DNA of 64,000 nucleotides from an uncultured virus (IMG/VR IMGVR_UViG_3300048780_000186) (taxonomy: Duplodnaviria > Heunggongvirae > Uroviricota > Caudoviricetes): IMG/VR virus record IMGVR_UViG_3300048780_000186. One strand, written 5' to 3'. Made by a program: the position numbers and the translations under genes. The notes below the pieces were generated by a model, which was given only the letters and a program-made list of their open reading frames with translations, did no database searches and was not told the origin of the DNA. Below, in pieces: positions 7,386-17,032 of this stretch (the first letter of the stretch is position 1; each line of letters begins with the position of its first letter).

Positions 7386-7743
7386 TATAAGGCAGCCATT
7401 CAGGAGGAAAGATCACATTGGGAGAAGCCCCGCGGAACATGGGAGCGATCTCGTGATCCTTGTAACCGGCCAGGCCGCAGCCAATCCGCGTCATGTTGAA
7501 GGTCAGCTCCGGATGAAGCTGGGAGAACTGGAGGAATTCGGTGATGTACTCTGCAATCACGTAAAGCGGCAGTGTCTTTGGCTTGGAGGGCCAGGGCGTC
7601 CGGTCCTTCGTTGGAATGGCATACGACTGACCCTGGATGCCTTCACCACAGCCGTAGATAGCGCCGTGATCCTTCAAGGCGGCCAGCGCCGCCCCAGCTC
7701 CATGCCTGCCGGCGAGATTCGATCCAAAGACAAAGATCTCCAT
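7363..7743 (-). CDS. A1S_2505-like phage protein (macro-domain-like)
   Basis: EIFVFGSNLAGRHGAGAA, G.GEG.QGQSYAIPT, F.MTRIGCGLAGY. Confidence 0.85.
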   Translation of the reverse strand: MEIFVFGSNLAGRHGAGAALAALKDHGAIYGCGEGIQGQSYAIPTKDRTPWPSKPKTLPLYVIAEYITEFLQFSQLHPELTFNMTRIGCGLAGYKDHEIAPMFRGASPNVIFPPEWLPYIERSKAA

Positions 7744-7979
7744 CAGAAGTCCTCTTCGTCGTCTTCCTCGTCGTCATCGAAGTCCGACTCTTCTTCGAGA
7801 TGGATGTTGTACTGCGAGACGGCTTCCAGCGCATCCTCGTAATCCAGGTCGTACTCGTCGCTGACTTCTTCAACCAGGTCGGAGTCGTCCAGGCCCGGAT
7901 CTACATCGAGCAGATCGTCGAAGAAGTCGAAGAGTTCCTTGGCGTCGATGCCAACGACTGAATCTCCTTCAATGAACAC
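7743..7979 (-). CDS. very acidic small protein
   Basis: 78 aa dominated by D/E; coupled to neighbours. Confidence 0.7.
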   Translation of the reverse strand: MFIEGDSVVGIDAKELFDFFDDLLDVDPGLDDSDLVEEVSDEYDLDYEDALEAVSQYNIHLEEESDFDDDEEDDEEDF

Positions 7980-7981
7980 GG

Positions 7982-8188
7982 CTACACCTCCCGGTGCGAT
8001 TTGATGTAAGAGTCTGCTTTCTCAAAAGTCACCAGGCACTCGTCCTGAAGAACGAAGACCAGCGCGCGGTGTGCGATGTTGGGTTCTCGGTCCAGAACCG
8101 TTTTCATTGTCGAGGCCAGATCCTGCTCGAGTTCCTCCTCTGCCATGCTGATGTACCCAGCAGCGATCGTGGCGTGCGATGCGGACAT
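7982..8188 (-). CDS. hypothetical protein
   Basis: 68-aa ORF in a tightly packed operon. Confidence 0.65.
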   Translation of the reverse strand: MSASHATIAAGYISMAEEELEQDLASTMKTVLDREPNIAHRALVFVLQDECLVTFEKADSYIKSHREV

Positions 8189-8189
8189 A

Positions 8190-8504
8190 TCAGTTCCCCC
8201 GGTAAAATGAGCGTAACCACTTCAGGTACAAGGACCAAAGGACCAGCGTGGCTAGCAGACCTACTGGAAAGAGAACCCAGACCAACAAGCACGTCAGAAA
8301 GATCATTCCGATGAATGTCGCCGGGCCAACAATCAACCCGGCAAGAAATGTCTGGATCGCCAGATTCTTCTGGTCGATCCGATTGATCTCTTCCTCTGTG
8401 AAGCCGGCCTGCCGGGCCAGTTGACGGCGTTGTTCTGCCTTAGCCAGACCTCGCACGATCCAGATAAAACCCAGGACCAGCACTATAAAGACGAAGGAAC
8501 CCAT
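8190..8504 (-). CDS. membrane protein
   Basis: Several hydrophobic segments; GGAGG RBS. Confidence 0.7.
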   Translation of the reverse strand: MGSFVFIVLVLGFIWIVRGLAKAEQRRQLARQAGFTEEEINRIDQKNLAIQTFLAGLIVGPATFIGMIFLTCLLVWVLFPVGLLATLVLWSLYLKWLRSFYRGN

Positions 8505-8605
8505 AGCGCCCTCCGATAGCATTCCGTGTGTGATGCACCGTGAGTTACCTCTTCCATCCTGCGGCCGCGATCAACGCGTACTTGGTCCGCATCATTTGTT
8601 CTTGG

Positions 8606-9340
8606 TCACGAAGCTCTTGCGAGCTGGCCTTTTTGAATCTGATGGTGAACCACACGCCTGGTCCAGCCGAGGAATTCGTCTACAGTCAAAGTGCTTTTAG
8701 CGATGTTGCACACAGAGCAAGCTGAAACACAGTTTCCTGACACATACCCGACGTCGCTGTTCAAGCGGTCGATACCGTTCATCGGATACATTTTCTTTGT
8801 CTTGTATTTCTTGCGCTTGAACGCCTGACCTTCCTCCGGCGTAGCCCCACAGTAGTAACAGTCTCCAAAGATGAGCTTCTTAACTTCATGCTCTGTGAGG
8901 CTGAATCCAAGGCCTCGGTGCGCTGCCGACGTTGGTAGCACTGACATGGCCCGGACCATGCACTTGCTTTCGACAGATACTCCGCGGCACTTACAGGACT
9001 TCATCTTGCCGGCAATGAGGTCGAAGGTCTGGGCTACGACCATCTTGCCGCATACGCATTCACACTTCCAGCGAACCTGCCGAGTATTGGTGACACGCAG
9101 GAACCGGCGAACTGCCAGAAAGCCGAAGACCTGGCCGATCTTGACCTGAGCGCTCTCGTTACAACCACATGAGGTCTTCTTGCCCGCTACCAACGAATCT
9201 GAACGAACGTCGATCCTGTTGCCGCAGTTGCAAACGCAGTGATAGTAGCCATGATCACCTTTCGTGCAGCGACTGAGGGCTTTGAGGAGCCCGAACTGCT
9301 GTCCGCTCAGATTCACCAAACTAGGAATTACCGCCTCCAA
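8606..9340 (-). CDS. HNH homing endonuclease with repeated Cys-rich N-terminal modules
   Basis: G..FG.L...C.C.CG...L..G...SC.C twice; CYYCG...NGIDRLNSDVGYVSGNCVSACSVCNIAK. Confidence 0.85.
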   Translation of the reverse strand: MEAVIPSLVNLSGQQFGLLKALSRCTKGDHGYYHCVCNCGNRIDVRSDSLVAGKKTSCGCNESAQVKIGQVFGFLAVRRFLRVTNTRQVRWKCECVCGKMVVAQTFDLIAGKMKSCKCRGVSVESKCMVRAMSVLPTSAAHRGLGFSLTEHEVKKLIFGDCYYCGATPEEGQAFKRKKYKTKKMYPMNGIDRLNSDVGYVSGNCVSACSVCNIAKSTLTVDEFLGWTRRVVHHQIQKGQLARAS

Positions 9341-10992
9341 CCAGCCGAACTGATGAGCTTGTACTTGATTCGCGTTGTCTCCTCCGGATCAGCTCCGGCC
9401 AAACTCTCCGCATACATGAGCAAGCCTGCTTCGGTTGGGCCTTTGCCTTCATGGAAATCCATGAAGACACCGGCACGCGGTGCTCCGCGGTCAGTTATCT
9501 CTTGCACTCGAATCTTGACGACAGCTCCGACCACGTTCTCTCGGTGAGTCCAGATCCATTCACGCCTCTCATCCGTGATTGCGAATGAACCGACCTCTCC
9601 GAGTGCCCCGTTTTCCGGATTCCGAACAACCAGTCGCCCGACCGAATCGCTGTACTTGCCCGTACCCGGCAGCACTTCAACCAATTCCAGGTCAGCGAAG
9701 TCAACCTGTTTGACCTTGAACCACGTTCCGCCAGCGGGATCTCCGGCTGCTTTGACGACAACACCTTCGCCAAAAGGTAGCGGAAGAGAAACAATCTCGT
9801 TGTAGAAAGCAATCGGATCCTCCCCGGGTTTGCAGGCGCGGACCATGTTCCAGTTGCTGTTGAAGAACCTGATCTCATCTATGACCTTCTCAGCCAGGTA
9901 CCGGCGCTGGACATACGGCAAACCACTTACGTCCTTGCCCTTGTACTTGACCAGGTCCCAGCAGTGAGCGGTTGCTGGGCCACGAAGCCGCTGGATCTCC
10001 TGCGCGCGCTCAGGAAGCGCGTTCAAGATGCCAGCCACGCGGCCGACGCCATCGGGATGGTAGAGTTCGACCTTACCGACGGTTCCTTCCAGGTCGGGAT
10101 AAGGCATCAGCTTGCGAGATGTGAAGAACCGGGAGTGGTTGTGCAGATCCTCGAGTTGAGGAATCCGGTCGTAATAGGTCTCGCCTGTTGGCCGGTGCGA
10201 ATGGAATACAGCACGGCCCTTGCCAATGGTGAAGTTGGCAAGCGAACCATCGAGCTTATGCTCGATGACCCACTGCTGTGAAGGTTGGGCGGGGACAATG
10301 ACGTCCTTGACGCGGCGCTCGGCAAAGCCAATAGCAGCCTTCGTGTTATCCCGCCCGACTTGTTCCAGGAACTCTTTGGGCCTGAGAGAGTAGGAGGGTT
10401 TTTCCAACGCCAGGCCGTCGTCGTTCATGGGAATTACGATCACGCCCTTCTCGGTCGTGATGAATGCGTACCGGCCTTTGTAATCGCCACGGGGAATGTT
10501 CAGTTCCCACTGCTCTGTGCCAGGAGGCACATCGGCGACAGCCAGGTCGAAATGAGGGCCGGCTTTGTCAGCCTCATGGAAGTGGTAGTTCATCCGGGAC
10601 AAGAACATCTTGGTCCCGATCTTCACGGCCACGGTCTCGTCGGCTAAGAGGGTCTTGGTTCCCTTGCCATAGCCGGACGCGATGACTCCGCTGAAACCAT
10701 CAACAGTATGCGGTTCGTTCTCGATGGCGAGAACGCGCGAGCTGACTTTTGGCAGCCCTTTTGGGAGAGTGTATTTAGCACCTGATTGAACAGGTGCCAA
10801 ACCCCCAAGGATAGCTCCATCAACCGTTCTGACATTCCAGAGGTTCCTCGTAATCCAGCGGCTCGGGGTACGCCCAAGCGCGCGTGTGACTGCACTGCTG
10901 GTGCTGGGGAGAACAACGGCACTCAGCACATCCAATGCGTTCTCCTGGCCCCAAAGAATGGCGGCACGGGCCAACGTTCTGATAAAGCCCAT
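9328..10992 (-). CDS. ATP-dependent DNA ligase with LigD phosphoesterase-like N-terminal region
   Basis: Motif I EHKLDG, WDLV, EGVVVK, WFKVK, OB domain G.GKY...VG.L; upstream H.ADKAGPHFDL. Confidence 0.88.
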   Translation of the reverse strand: MGFIRTLARAAILWGQENALDVLSAVVLPSTSSAVTRALGRTPSRWITRNLWNVRTVDGAILGGLAPVQSGAKYTLPKGLPKVSSRVLAIENEPHTVDGFSGVIASGYGKGTKTLLADETVAVKIGTKMFLSRMNYHFHEADKAGPHFDLAVADVPPGTEQWELNIPRGDYKGRYAFITTEKGVIVIPMNDDGLALEKPSYSLRPKEFLEQVGRDNTKAAIGFAERRVKDVIVPAQPSQQWVIEHKLDGSLANFTIGKGRAVFHSHRPTGETYYDRIPQLEDLHNHSRFFTSRKLMPYPDLEGTVGKVELYHPDGVGRVAGILNALPERAQEIQRLRGPATAHCWDLVKYKGKDVSGLPYVQRRYLAEKVIDEIRFFNSNWNMVRACKPGEDPIAFYNEIVSLPLPFGEGVVVKAAGDPAGGTWFKVKQVDFADLELVEVLPGTGKYSDSVGRLVVRNPENGALGEVGSFAITDERREWIWTHRENVVGAVVKIRVQEITDRGAPRAGVFMDFHEGKGPTEAGLLMYAESLAGADPEETTRIKYKLISSAGWRR

Positions 10993-11004
10993 ACGCCCTC
11001 CGGT

Positions 11005-11247
11005 TTAGTAATCGTGCGTTCCGATGTCCATCAGGCCAATGCAGGGATCGGTGTTGTGATGGAAGATTGAATCTGCTTCCGGCGGTTCGCCGAGTTCCTT
11101 GTGAAGCGCCTTGGCCGCGGCTATCGCAGCTTCCGTTACCTGTGTTGCGTTCGGCTTCGACTCAAATTCCAGCGATTCCAGCTCAAGCACATCGGACTTT
11201 AAGCCATCGGGGTGGACATCCAGAAGCTTGATGAAGAGGATGAACAT
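11005..11247 (-). CDS. hypothetical protein
   Basis: Short ORF between co-oriented genes. Confidence 0.6.
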   Translation of the reverse strand: MFILFIKLLDVHPDGLKSDVLELESLEFESKPNATQVTEAAIAAAKALHKELGEPPEADSIFHHNTDPCIGLMDIGTHDY

Positions 11248-11249
11248 GG

Positions 11250-11495
11250 TCAGTCCTGCTCGATCTTGGAACGATTCCTCCAACGTGGAGGCACTTTGTC
11301 CGAATCTGAGCGAGATCCATCGAGATCGAGGATATGGACATACCGTTTGGTGTCGATGAAGCGACGATTGCCTGCGCCAGGAACATCAAAAGTTCCCTCG
11401 ACTCGGATCGTTCCATCGTTCACATAGAGGACGCCCTTGACGAAAGCTCGGCACTCGGCGTCGGTGTTGAACTCGAAATACTTGTTTGCTGCCAT
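11250..11495 (-). CDS. hypothetical protein
   Basis: GGAG RBS before MAANKY. Confidence 0.6.
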   Translation of the reverse strand: MAANKYFEFNTDAECRAFVKGVLYVNDGTIRVEGTFDVPGAGNRRFIDTKRYVHILDLDGSRSDSDKVPPRWRNRSKIEQD

Positions 11496-11779
11496 AGGTC
11501 TCCGGCAGAACAGGCGGGTCTGCAGTCTACAGACCCGCCGTTCTGAAGATCTCTCATTACCTTGTTGGGGCGGCATTTTAACCCACAGCTCCGCCGGTGG
11601 GCGCTGACCAATCCTGGAGACTAGCGCGGCCCTTTGCCGTGAACGGCGTTGTGGCAATGCAGCACGGTCGTGCTACTGGTTGCCTGGTTGTTGGTTCGCT
11701 AACAGTTGCTGCCAACAAGACCAAAGCGAAGAACCGCAGCCAGAAGAGCATGTTCCTCCTGCAGGTTTCGCAAACGTGA

Positions 11780-12037
11780 TTAGTTCGTGCCGAGAGCGAT
11801 CGACACTTCGTACAAAGTGTCGCCTGCCCTGTTCAGCACCTGGCGGCCCACTTCATGCTGCTGTTCGTCAGTAGCATTAGGGTCAAAGGTTTCCCGCAGC
11901 TCAGCAACGATGAACTTGGCCAACGTATCGCCGGCGATGGGAGTTGTGGGCTCTCCGGTTTTGTCGTCGAAATACTCGGAGAGATAGTTGTCCGGGTAGG
12001 CCGAATTGGCCTTGTTAAGCAGTTCGACTAACTGCAT
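11780..12037 (-). CDS. hypothetical protein
   Basis: 85-aa ORF with GGAG RBS. Confidence 0.7.
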   Translation of the reverse strand: MQLVELLNKANSAYPDNYLSEYFDDKTGEPTTPIAGDTLAKFIVAELRETFDPNATDEQQHEVGRQVLNRAGDTLYEVSIALGTN

Positions 12038-12254
12038 GTTCCAGCTCCTTCAGTTCCCTGATTCTTTGGGGAGTAAACCAGTGGTCGAGATAGCGATCGC
12101 CGACAGAGTTCAGATGATTCAGCCGGTACTGTTCTTCTTGAGTCAGCTTGCCTGCAATGTTCTTGTCAATCAGCAGGCCGCGTTCGTGATTGAGAATCGG
12201 CCACTTCTCGGCTGAGACCACATGTGGTCTCTTCTGCCAGCTGCGGTATTTCAT
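12015..12254 (-). CDS. hypothetical protein
   Basis: 79-aa ORF with AAGGAG RBS. Confidence 0.65.
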   Translation of the reverse strand: MKYRSWQKRPHVVSAEKWPILNHERGLLIDKNIAGKLTQEEQYRLNHLNSVGDRYLDHWFTPQRIRELKELEHAVSRTA

Positions 12255-12301
12255 AAGCTCCTTCAGCTCAGGGCCGTCGTCTAACGGCCCTGGCTGGTGG
12301 G

Positions 12302-12691
12302 TTACAGCGTCTCGAGCAGCTTCTTCAGATCCTCTTCGGAAGCGCCTTCGAGCGCCTCGTCCTGTTTCTTGGCGAGAATCCCGAGAATCTTCTGCTTCTG
12401 GGCCTTCTTATTCGCGGCCTGCTCGGCCTCTTCGGCTTCGGTCTTCTTCACGGCGATAACGTGCTTGACGATCTCCAGTTTCAGCTGCAGGATCGTGTCG
12501 GCCTTGGTCGTGGTCAGCACGAAGCTCTCAGTCTCGGTTTCCCTGATCTGACGAGCAATGCCCTTGGCGATGTTGTCGAGGCTGGCGCCTCCGTTGCGAA
12601 CGGTCAGCGGCAGATCAAACAAGTCCTCGACGGTGACGAGGCCCTTGGACGTATCGAACCGCAGCTTCAAACGTGCTGCTTTCTCGAACAT
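12302..12691 (-). CDS. conserved phage coiled-coil protein
   Basis: MFEKAARLKLRF...G..TVEDLFDLPL start, which I recall from phage proteins that follow the neighbouring large gene. Confidence 0.8.
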   Translation of the reverse strand: MFEKAARLKLRFDTSKGLVTVEDLFDLPLTVRNGGASLDNIAKGIARQIRETETESFVLTTTKADTILQLKLEIVKHVIAVKKTEAEEAEQAANKKAQKQKILGILAKKQDEALEGASEEDLKKLLETL

Positions 12692-12716
12692 GGATTCTTT
12701 CTCCTGGGTGAATTGG

Positions 12717-14744
12717 TTAGAAGGTGATCTTGAGGGTACGGGTGAAGCTGCCCTTCACGCGGCACAATATATAGTTCCGCTGTGTGGATGAGAAGCCGAT
12801 GCCGCTCAGTTGGCGATCCGACTCCTCGGTCTTCATCTTCGAGCCAACAACCTCGAACACCTTGCGATGCACGTTGAGGCTGTCGGTCAGGAACTCGTTG
12901 AAGAACCCGCGGGCTTTGCCATCATTGAGGCAGCCGTCGAGCATGAAGAAGTAATGCTTGTTGCCGACGGTCTTCTCATCCCAGTAGTTGGGCGAGAGCA
13001 TGAGAACGGACACTTTGTGGAAGGTCTGGGTTGGAATACCCCAGAGATTCTTGGCCGCCTGCGATGAAGGAAGCGACTTGACGATCTCCAATCCGCCCTT
13101 GTGGGTGTAATTGAATTCCGCCACGACCGCAGCAGTGTTGGCAGGAACAGCCTTCGGATGAGCAAACGTGCGAACGACGCCATCGAATTCGATTTCAACT
13201 TCGAACCCAACGTCCACGGTCTCCCGCTTGTTGTAGTTGTAAACGAATAGCCTGTAAAGGCCCTCGCGCATAGTCCTACGATCGGGATATGTGATGTTCT
13301 CGACCGCGCTTCGGCTACCGCCAGATCCCACATTCATGTCCACATCGAGTTCACCACCCGCTCTTGACCGCCGGTTGCTGAAGCAGATCTCTTCGCCATT
13401 GATTGTCGTGCGAGATGCTCCAGGCTCGATGAGATGCAGATCGAGATCGTCATAGTTGAACCAGGACAGCGAACAGCGAAGGTCGCCGTCTACGGCGCCG
13501 CCGGCACGCTTGACACGTTCCTTGATGGAATCAGCAAGTTCTCCTGCATAAGACCAGCAGAAGTTGTTCGGCCATTTGAACATGGTCTTGGCCGTCGGGT
13601 CGACGGGAGAGATCAAGCTGAGCAGGTTGCCGGCGTGACGGTTCTCAAACATCACTTCCAACGACTCTGCCTTGGGCAGCACGTTGGCAAGGAAGTCCTC
13701 GATGGACACCGTCTCGATTTTGTCCAGGTTGGGTACCTTCTCGGGAACTGCGCTGGCCAGACCGTCGAAGACATTCATGGCCTTCTTGGCCTTGCGGTCC
13801 GCGAAGAGAATGTTGTTGATGGTGATGTCTTCGATGGTGGCGTAGCGACGATCCAGAGCAGAGGTGAACCCCAGCTCCTCGATCGTGGTACGCGCCTTCT
13901 CGATCATTCCCTTGGTGATCAGAGCAGTCGGCCGTTTGTAGTTGGTGGGTGCGACCTTCGACTCGTACGAAGCTACGGCGGCATCCATTTCCCGGCCTTC
14001 GGACAAGTCTGTGAGCAGCGATCCGATGACGTTGCCACGTATCCTTGTTACCGCAGCCGGAACAGCCTTGGCATGCAGCCAGGCGAACAGATCCTGCGCT
14101 TCCACGCTGCGCACCTTGGCGAACTCCACCTTCAGCTTGCGGAAGCTGGTCAGTTCGAAAGTGTGCTCCTCCCCGCGGTACAACGAGTTCTGGCTGATCA
14201 GCTCAAGAATAGTGTCGATCGATTCCAGTGTGATCTCCTTGAGACCACGGAGAAGCACATCCTTGGTACTGCGGAAGTCCGACAGTTGTGGACCGATGGC
14301 ATCGCCACGGACAACACAGGTTGTTGGAAGCGTGATGAAGAAGTGCTCCCAGGCCAGAACTTCCTTTGATTCAAGTTGCTGAAGGTTCCCATCCGTCCCT
14401 GCAGTGCGTTCGGTGTGCAGGAAGATGTTATCGATCGGAGACGACTTGACCAGGGCGGACAGCGTATCAACCACCGGCTGGTAGGGATTGCCGACACGAA
14501 CATCCCAGAGGCTCACGAGCTGTCCGTCAATGATGGCGACTATACCGCCTACTGCACGGATGAAGCTCTTGCAGCACTGGCAGTCATGCTCAGTCCGCTG
14601 TTTGTAGAGTGGGTTCGAGCCCGCCGGGAAGCTGCTGAGATAGACATCCCACAGCTGATCCTTGTCGACTTGCACCCGGTATAGTTGATGCCCCTTCATG
14701 ACATCGAACTGCAGGGCAACCGCCTTCTTTAAGACACTGAACAT
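12717..14744 (-). CDS. large conserved phage protein with YfaP/DUF2135-like domain
   Basis: HDCQCC near N-terminus; SLSWFNYDDLDLH..EP, GGELDVDMN, AVENITY. Confidence 0.8.
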   Translation of the reverse strand: MFSVLKKAVALQFDVMKGHQLYRVQVDKDQLWDVYLSSFPAGSNPLYKQRTEHDCQCCKSFIRAVGGIVAIIDGQLVSLWDVRVGNPYQPVVDTLSALVKSSPIDNIFLHTERTAGTDGNLQQLESKEVLAWEHFFITLPTTCVVRGDAIGPQLSDFRSTKDVLLRGLKEITLESIDTILELISQNSLYRGEEHTFELTSFRKLKVEFAKVRSVEAQDLFAWLHAKAVPAAVTRIRGNVIGSLLTDLSEGREMDAAVASYESKVAPTNYKRPTALITKGMIEKARTTIEELGFTSALDRRYATIEDITINNILFADRKAKKAMNVFDGLASAVPEKVPNLDKIETVSIEDFLANVLPKAESLEVMFENRHAGNLLSLISPVDPTAKTMFKWPNNFCWSYAGELADSIKERVKRAGGAVDGDLRCSLSWFNYDDLDLHLIEPGASRTTINGEEICFSNRRSRAGGELDVDMNVGSGGSRSAVENITYPDRRTMREGLYRLFVYNYNKRETVDVGFEVEIEFDGVVRTFAHPKAVPANTAAVVAEFNYTHKGGLEIVKSLPSSQAAKNLWGIPTQTFHKVSVLMLSPNYWDEKTVGNKHYFFMLDGCLNDGKARGFFNEFLTDSLNVHRKVFEVVGSKMKTEESDRQLSGIGFSSTQRNYILCRVKGSFTRTLKITF

Positions 14745-14747
14745 TGG

Positions 14748-15248
14748 CTAGGCTCTTTCCTCGAACATGCTGTCGATAATGCCGCTGTCACCGTACTCCA
14801 ATTCGGTGGTCAGCTTGGCAAGCTCGCTGGCTGTGAATGGACGGAACCGCGGCGTTGCCTCAGTTGCCGCGAACGATGCGTTCTGGATTCTGCGGCCCAT
14901 CAGACTTGCTTGTCCGACCAGAACACTGGGCACATTGACCACTCCGCCGCCGATCAGCTTGCCGTCGACGCGGAAGGTGACGTACTTGATGTAGCGATCG
15001 GCCGAGTCAGTGTGGACCCGCAGGCCCACCCGGCCGCCGGGAATCTGCTTGCAGTCGTAGTCCCGCTCCCAGCCGTTGGCAATGCCACGGCGGACACGAC
15101 GAACCCAGCTCTTGGCGTCTCGTAGCTGGTATATGAAATTGCGTTGATCTTCCTTTGCCGCGCTGCGAATCTTCTCAGCCACGTCTGGAGTGATCCAGTC
15201 GCGGATCGATTCGCGGACGGCGTCTGAAATGCCTTTACCCTGGCTCAT
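14748..15248 (-). CDS. hypothetical protein
   Basis: GGAG RBS before MSQGKG. Confidence 0.7.
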   Translation of the reverse strand: MSQGKGISDAVRESIRDWITPDVAEKIRSAAKEDQRNFIYQLRDAKSWVRRVRRGIANGWERDYDCKQIPGGRVGLRVHTDSADRYIKYVTFRVDGKLIGGGVVNVPSVLVGQASLMGRRIQNASFAATEATPRFRPFTASELAKLTTELEYGDSGIIDSMFEERA

Positions 15249-15365
15249 GAAGTCTCCATTTCGGCTATCTTCCGCCGATGTTGATTTTGATTGCGTCTGT
15301 GACAAATCCAAAGAAAAGGACAGCGGCCACAACGATGAAAGCTCCTAGAAATGCTTCGGGCCAGG

Positions 15366-15608
15366 TCATTGGGCTGGCCTCGTTTCCCGGTAGAGATACC
15401 CGTAAACACACGCGAAGGTGAGAACGATCAGCAACACCAGCGCCAGGAAGAACGGCATATTCGGGAAGATGAGCAGCACTCCGAAGTGCAGTGTGATGGC
15501 TGCCCCAATGCAGCCAATCAGGCACAGGAGGTGCTTGAATGCGGTCCCATGCCGTTTGAGGTTGATCCGCGAGGGCTTCGTCCTCGCTGTGTCAATATCG
15601 ATTCTCAT
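15366..15608 (-). CDS. small membrane protein
   Basis: Two hydrophobic segments; GAGGAG RBS. Confidence 0.65.
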   Translation of the reverse strand: MRIDIDTARTKPSRINLKRHGTAFKHLLCLIGCIGAAITLHFGVLLIFPNMPFFLALVLLIVLTFACVYGYLYRETRPAQ

Positions 15609-15932
15609 AGCCGAATGCTCCTCGCTCTCTCAGCGGGCGGCGCCTTCCAACGCCGCCCACTTTGATGTCCAGCAATTCTCTGGCAGTCGGTAAACTCAGG
15701 ACCACTTCAGGCAATCTGTGTGTCCTGAACCTGGCATACTCGCTGTAGGTCCCAGTCGTGCTGGATCTGCCGTTTTACGGGCGTCTTGTTAAAGCCGAGT
15801 CGAACACCGGACACCCTCGAGGACTGAGGCGTGGCGCTGGGATCATTGCCACTGCATGATGTGTTCGTTGGTGTGTCTCAAGCTGTGTCTACAGTAGGAT
15901 GGATGGACTGCAGGCTGAATAGAGGAAAGCTC

Positions 15933-16361
15933 CTATGCGGCCTGCGCTTCAGGCATCAGCATGGTTGAGTGGCGATCGGCATCTTCCTCGCGGGCACGCT
16001 TCCAGCAATGCAGGAAGCCGCCGTCGTGCGCGCCTGTCTTCAGATCGATGGCGAAGATGCCAAAGAAGATTAGCGCCTCCAGCGCGAAGCTGGAGAATAT
16101 CCCGAACACAACGCCACTGAGCACACCGACAATGGTGCGAACCCAGGGCGTCTTGATGGGCCGGGTGACCCAGACGACAAGCCACACGATCAGGAGCGCC
16201 GGCATGAGAGCTGCAACCAGAAACAGGATGAGCAGCTCGACCGCGGACTTCATGGCAACCCACAGGAATGCCTTCCGACGGTAGCGCCTTCGGTTGCGCC
16301 AGAACAAACAACTGCCGACAATCGCAATCGCGGCGGCCCATAACATGACGATTGGTTTCAT
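15933..16361 (-). CDS. membrane protein
   Basis: Three hydrophobic segments starting at MKPIVML; GGAGG RBS. Confidence 0.7.
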   Translation of the reverse strand: MKPIVMLWAAAIAIVGSCLFWRNRRRYRRKAFLWVAMKSAVELLILFLVAALMPALLIVWLVVWVTRPIKTPWVRTIVGVLSGVVFGIFSSFALEALIFFGIFAIDLKTGAHDGGFLHCWKRAREEDADRHSTMLMPEAQAA

Positions 16362-16504
16362 AGAGCCTCCGCTGGACGCATGGCAGCCAGCTCCGAAACT
16401 TGACGTTTCAGACGAGCGGAGCTGACCATGCACAGGCACACGGCTGCGCCGAGTGCAAGGATGAGCGTGAAAAGGAACGCGAATGCCTTCAACGAATACC
16501 TGAG

Positions 16505-17032
16505 TTAGCTCTGCTGGTTCCAGGCATCGAACGTCAGTTTGTCTATACCGGAGGACGGTTGAATGCACTGGATCATTGGACCTTCGTGATCGCAGGATGT
16601 GCAGCGAACAAACTGATAACCGTTGCGCGTGCTGATGCCCATTCCGACGACGCTGTGACAGACGGGGCACGGCACGTAGCGATTGCGACCGTCTGTAATG
16701 TCGAAGTGAATCTCCTGCCAGAGCTTGTCGAGCACATCGCCATGACAGCGATGCGCCGGCCGACAGAAGCAGCCGAGAATATCGTCGTCTTTGAACGTCC
16801 CATCTGTGGATAGAGCTTGCAGGATCTGAAGCCTGCGCTTGGGTTCGACATGGGCCCACTTCGGATCGCCACGCAGCCACTCCTCGAAAGAGTCGACTGC
16901 TTCGTCGATCGATTCAACCTGAACAGATGCCTTGGTGCTGCCAACGGGCAGGTGCGTGAACGGATTGCCGTAGATGCTGCCACGACCAATGTACTTGGTG
17001 GACGGTTCGCGCTTGCAGTGAACTACTCGCAT
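16505..17032 (-). CDS. DUF4326 protein fused to a Lar-like Zn finger
   Basis: VVHCK...YIGRGS.YGNPF, LGCFCRP..CHGDVL; C-terminal PCPVC...VRCTSC...AWN. Confidence 0.8.
   Translation of the reverse strand: MRVVHCKREPSTKYIGRGSIYGNPFTHLPVGSTKASVQVESIDEAVDSFEEWLRGDPKWAHVEPKRRLQILQALSTDGTFKDDDILGCFCRPAHRCHGDVLDKLWQEIHFDITDGRNRYVPCPVCHSVVGMGISTRNGYQFVRCTSCDHEGPMIQCIQPSSGIDKLTFDAWNQQS

Noticed and set aside
11699..11709. CTAACAGTTGC copy of the palindromic motif
   Set aside because: Lies inside a probable 57-aa ORF (11578-11751) and deviates from the consensus
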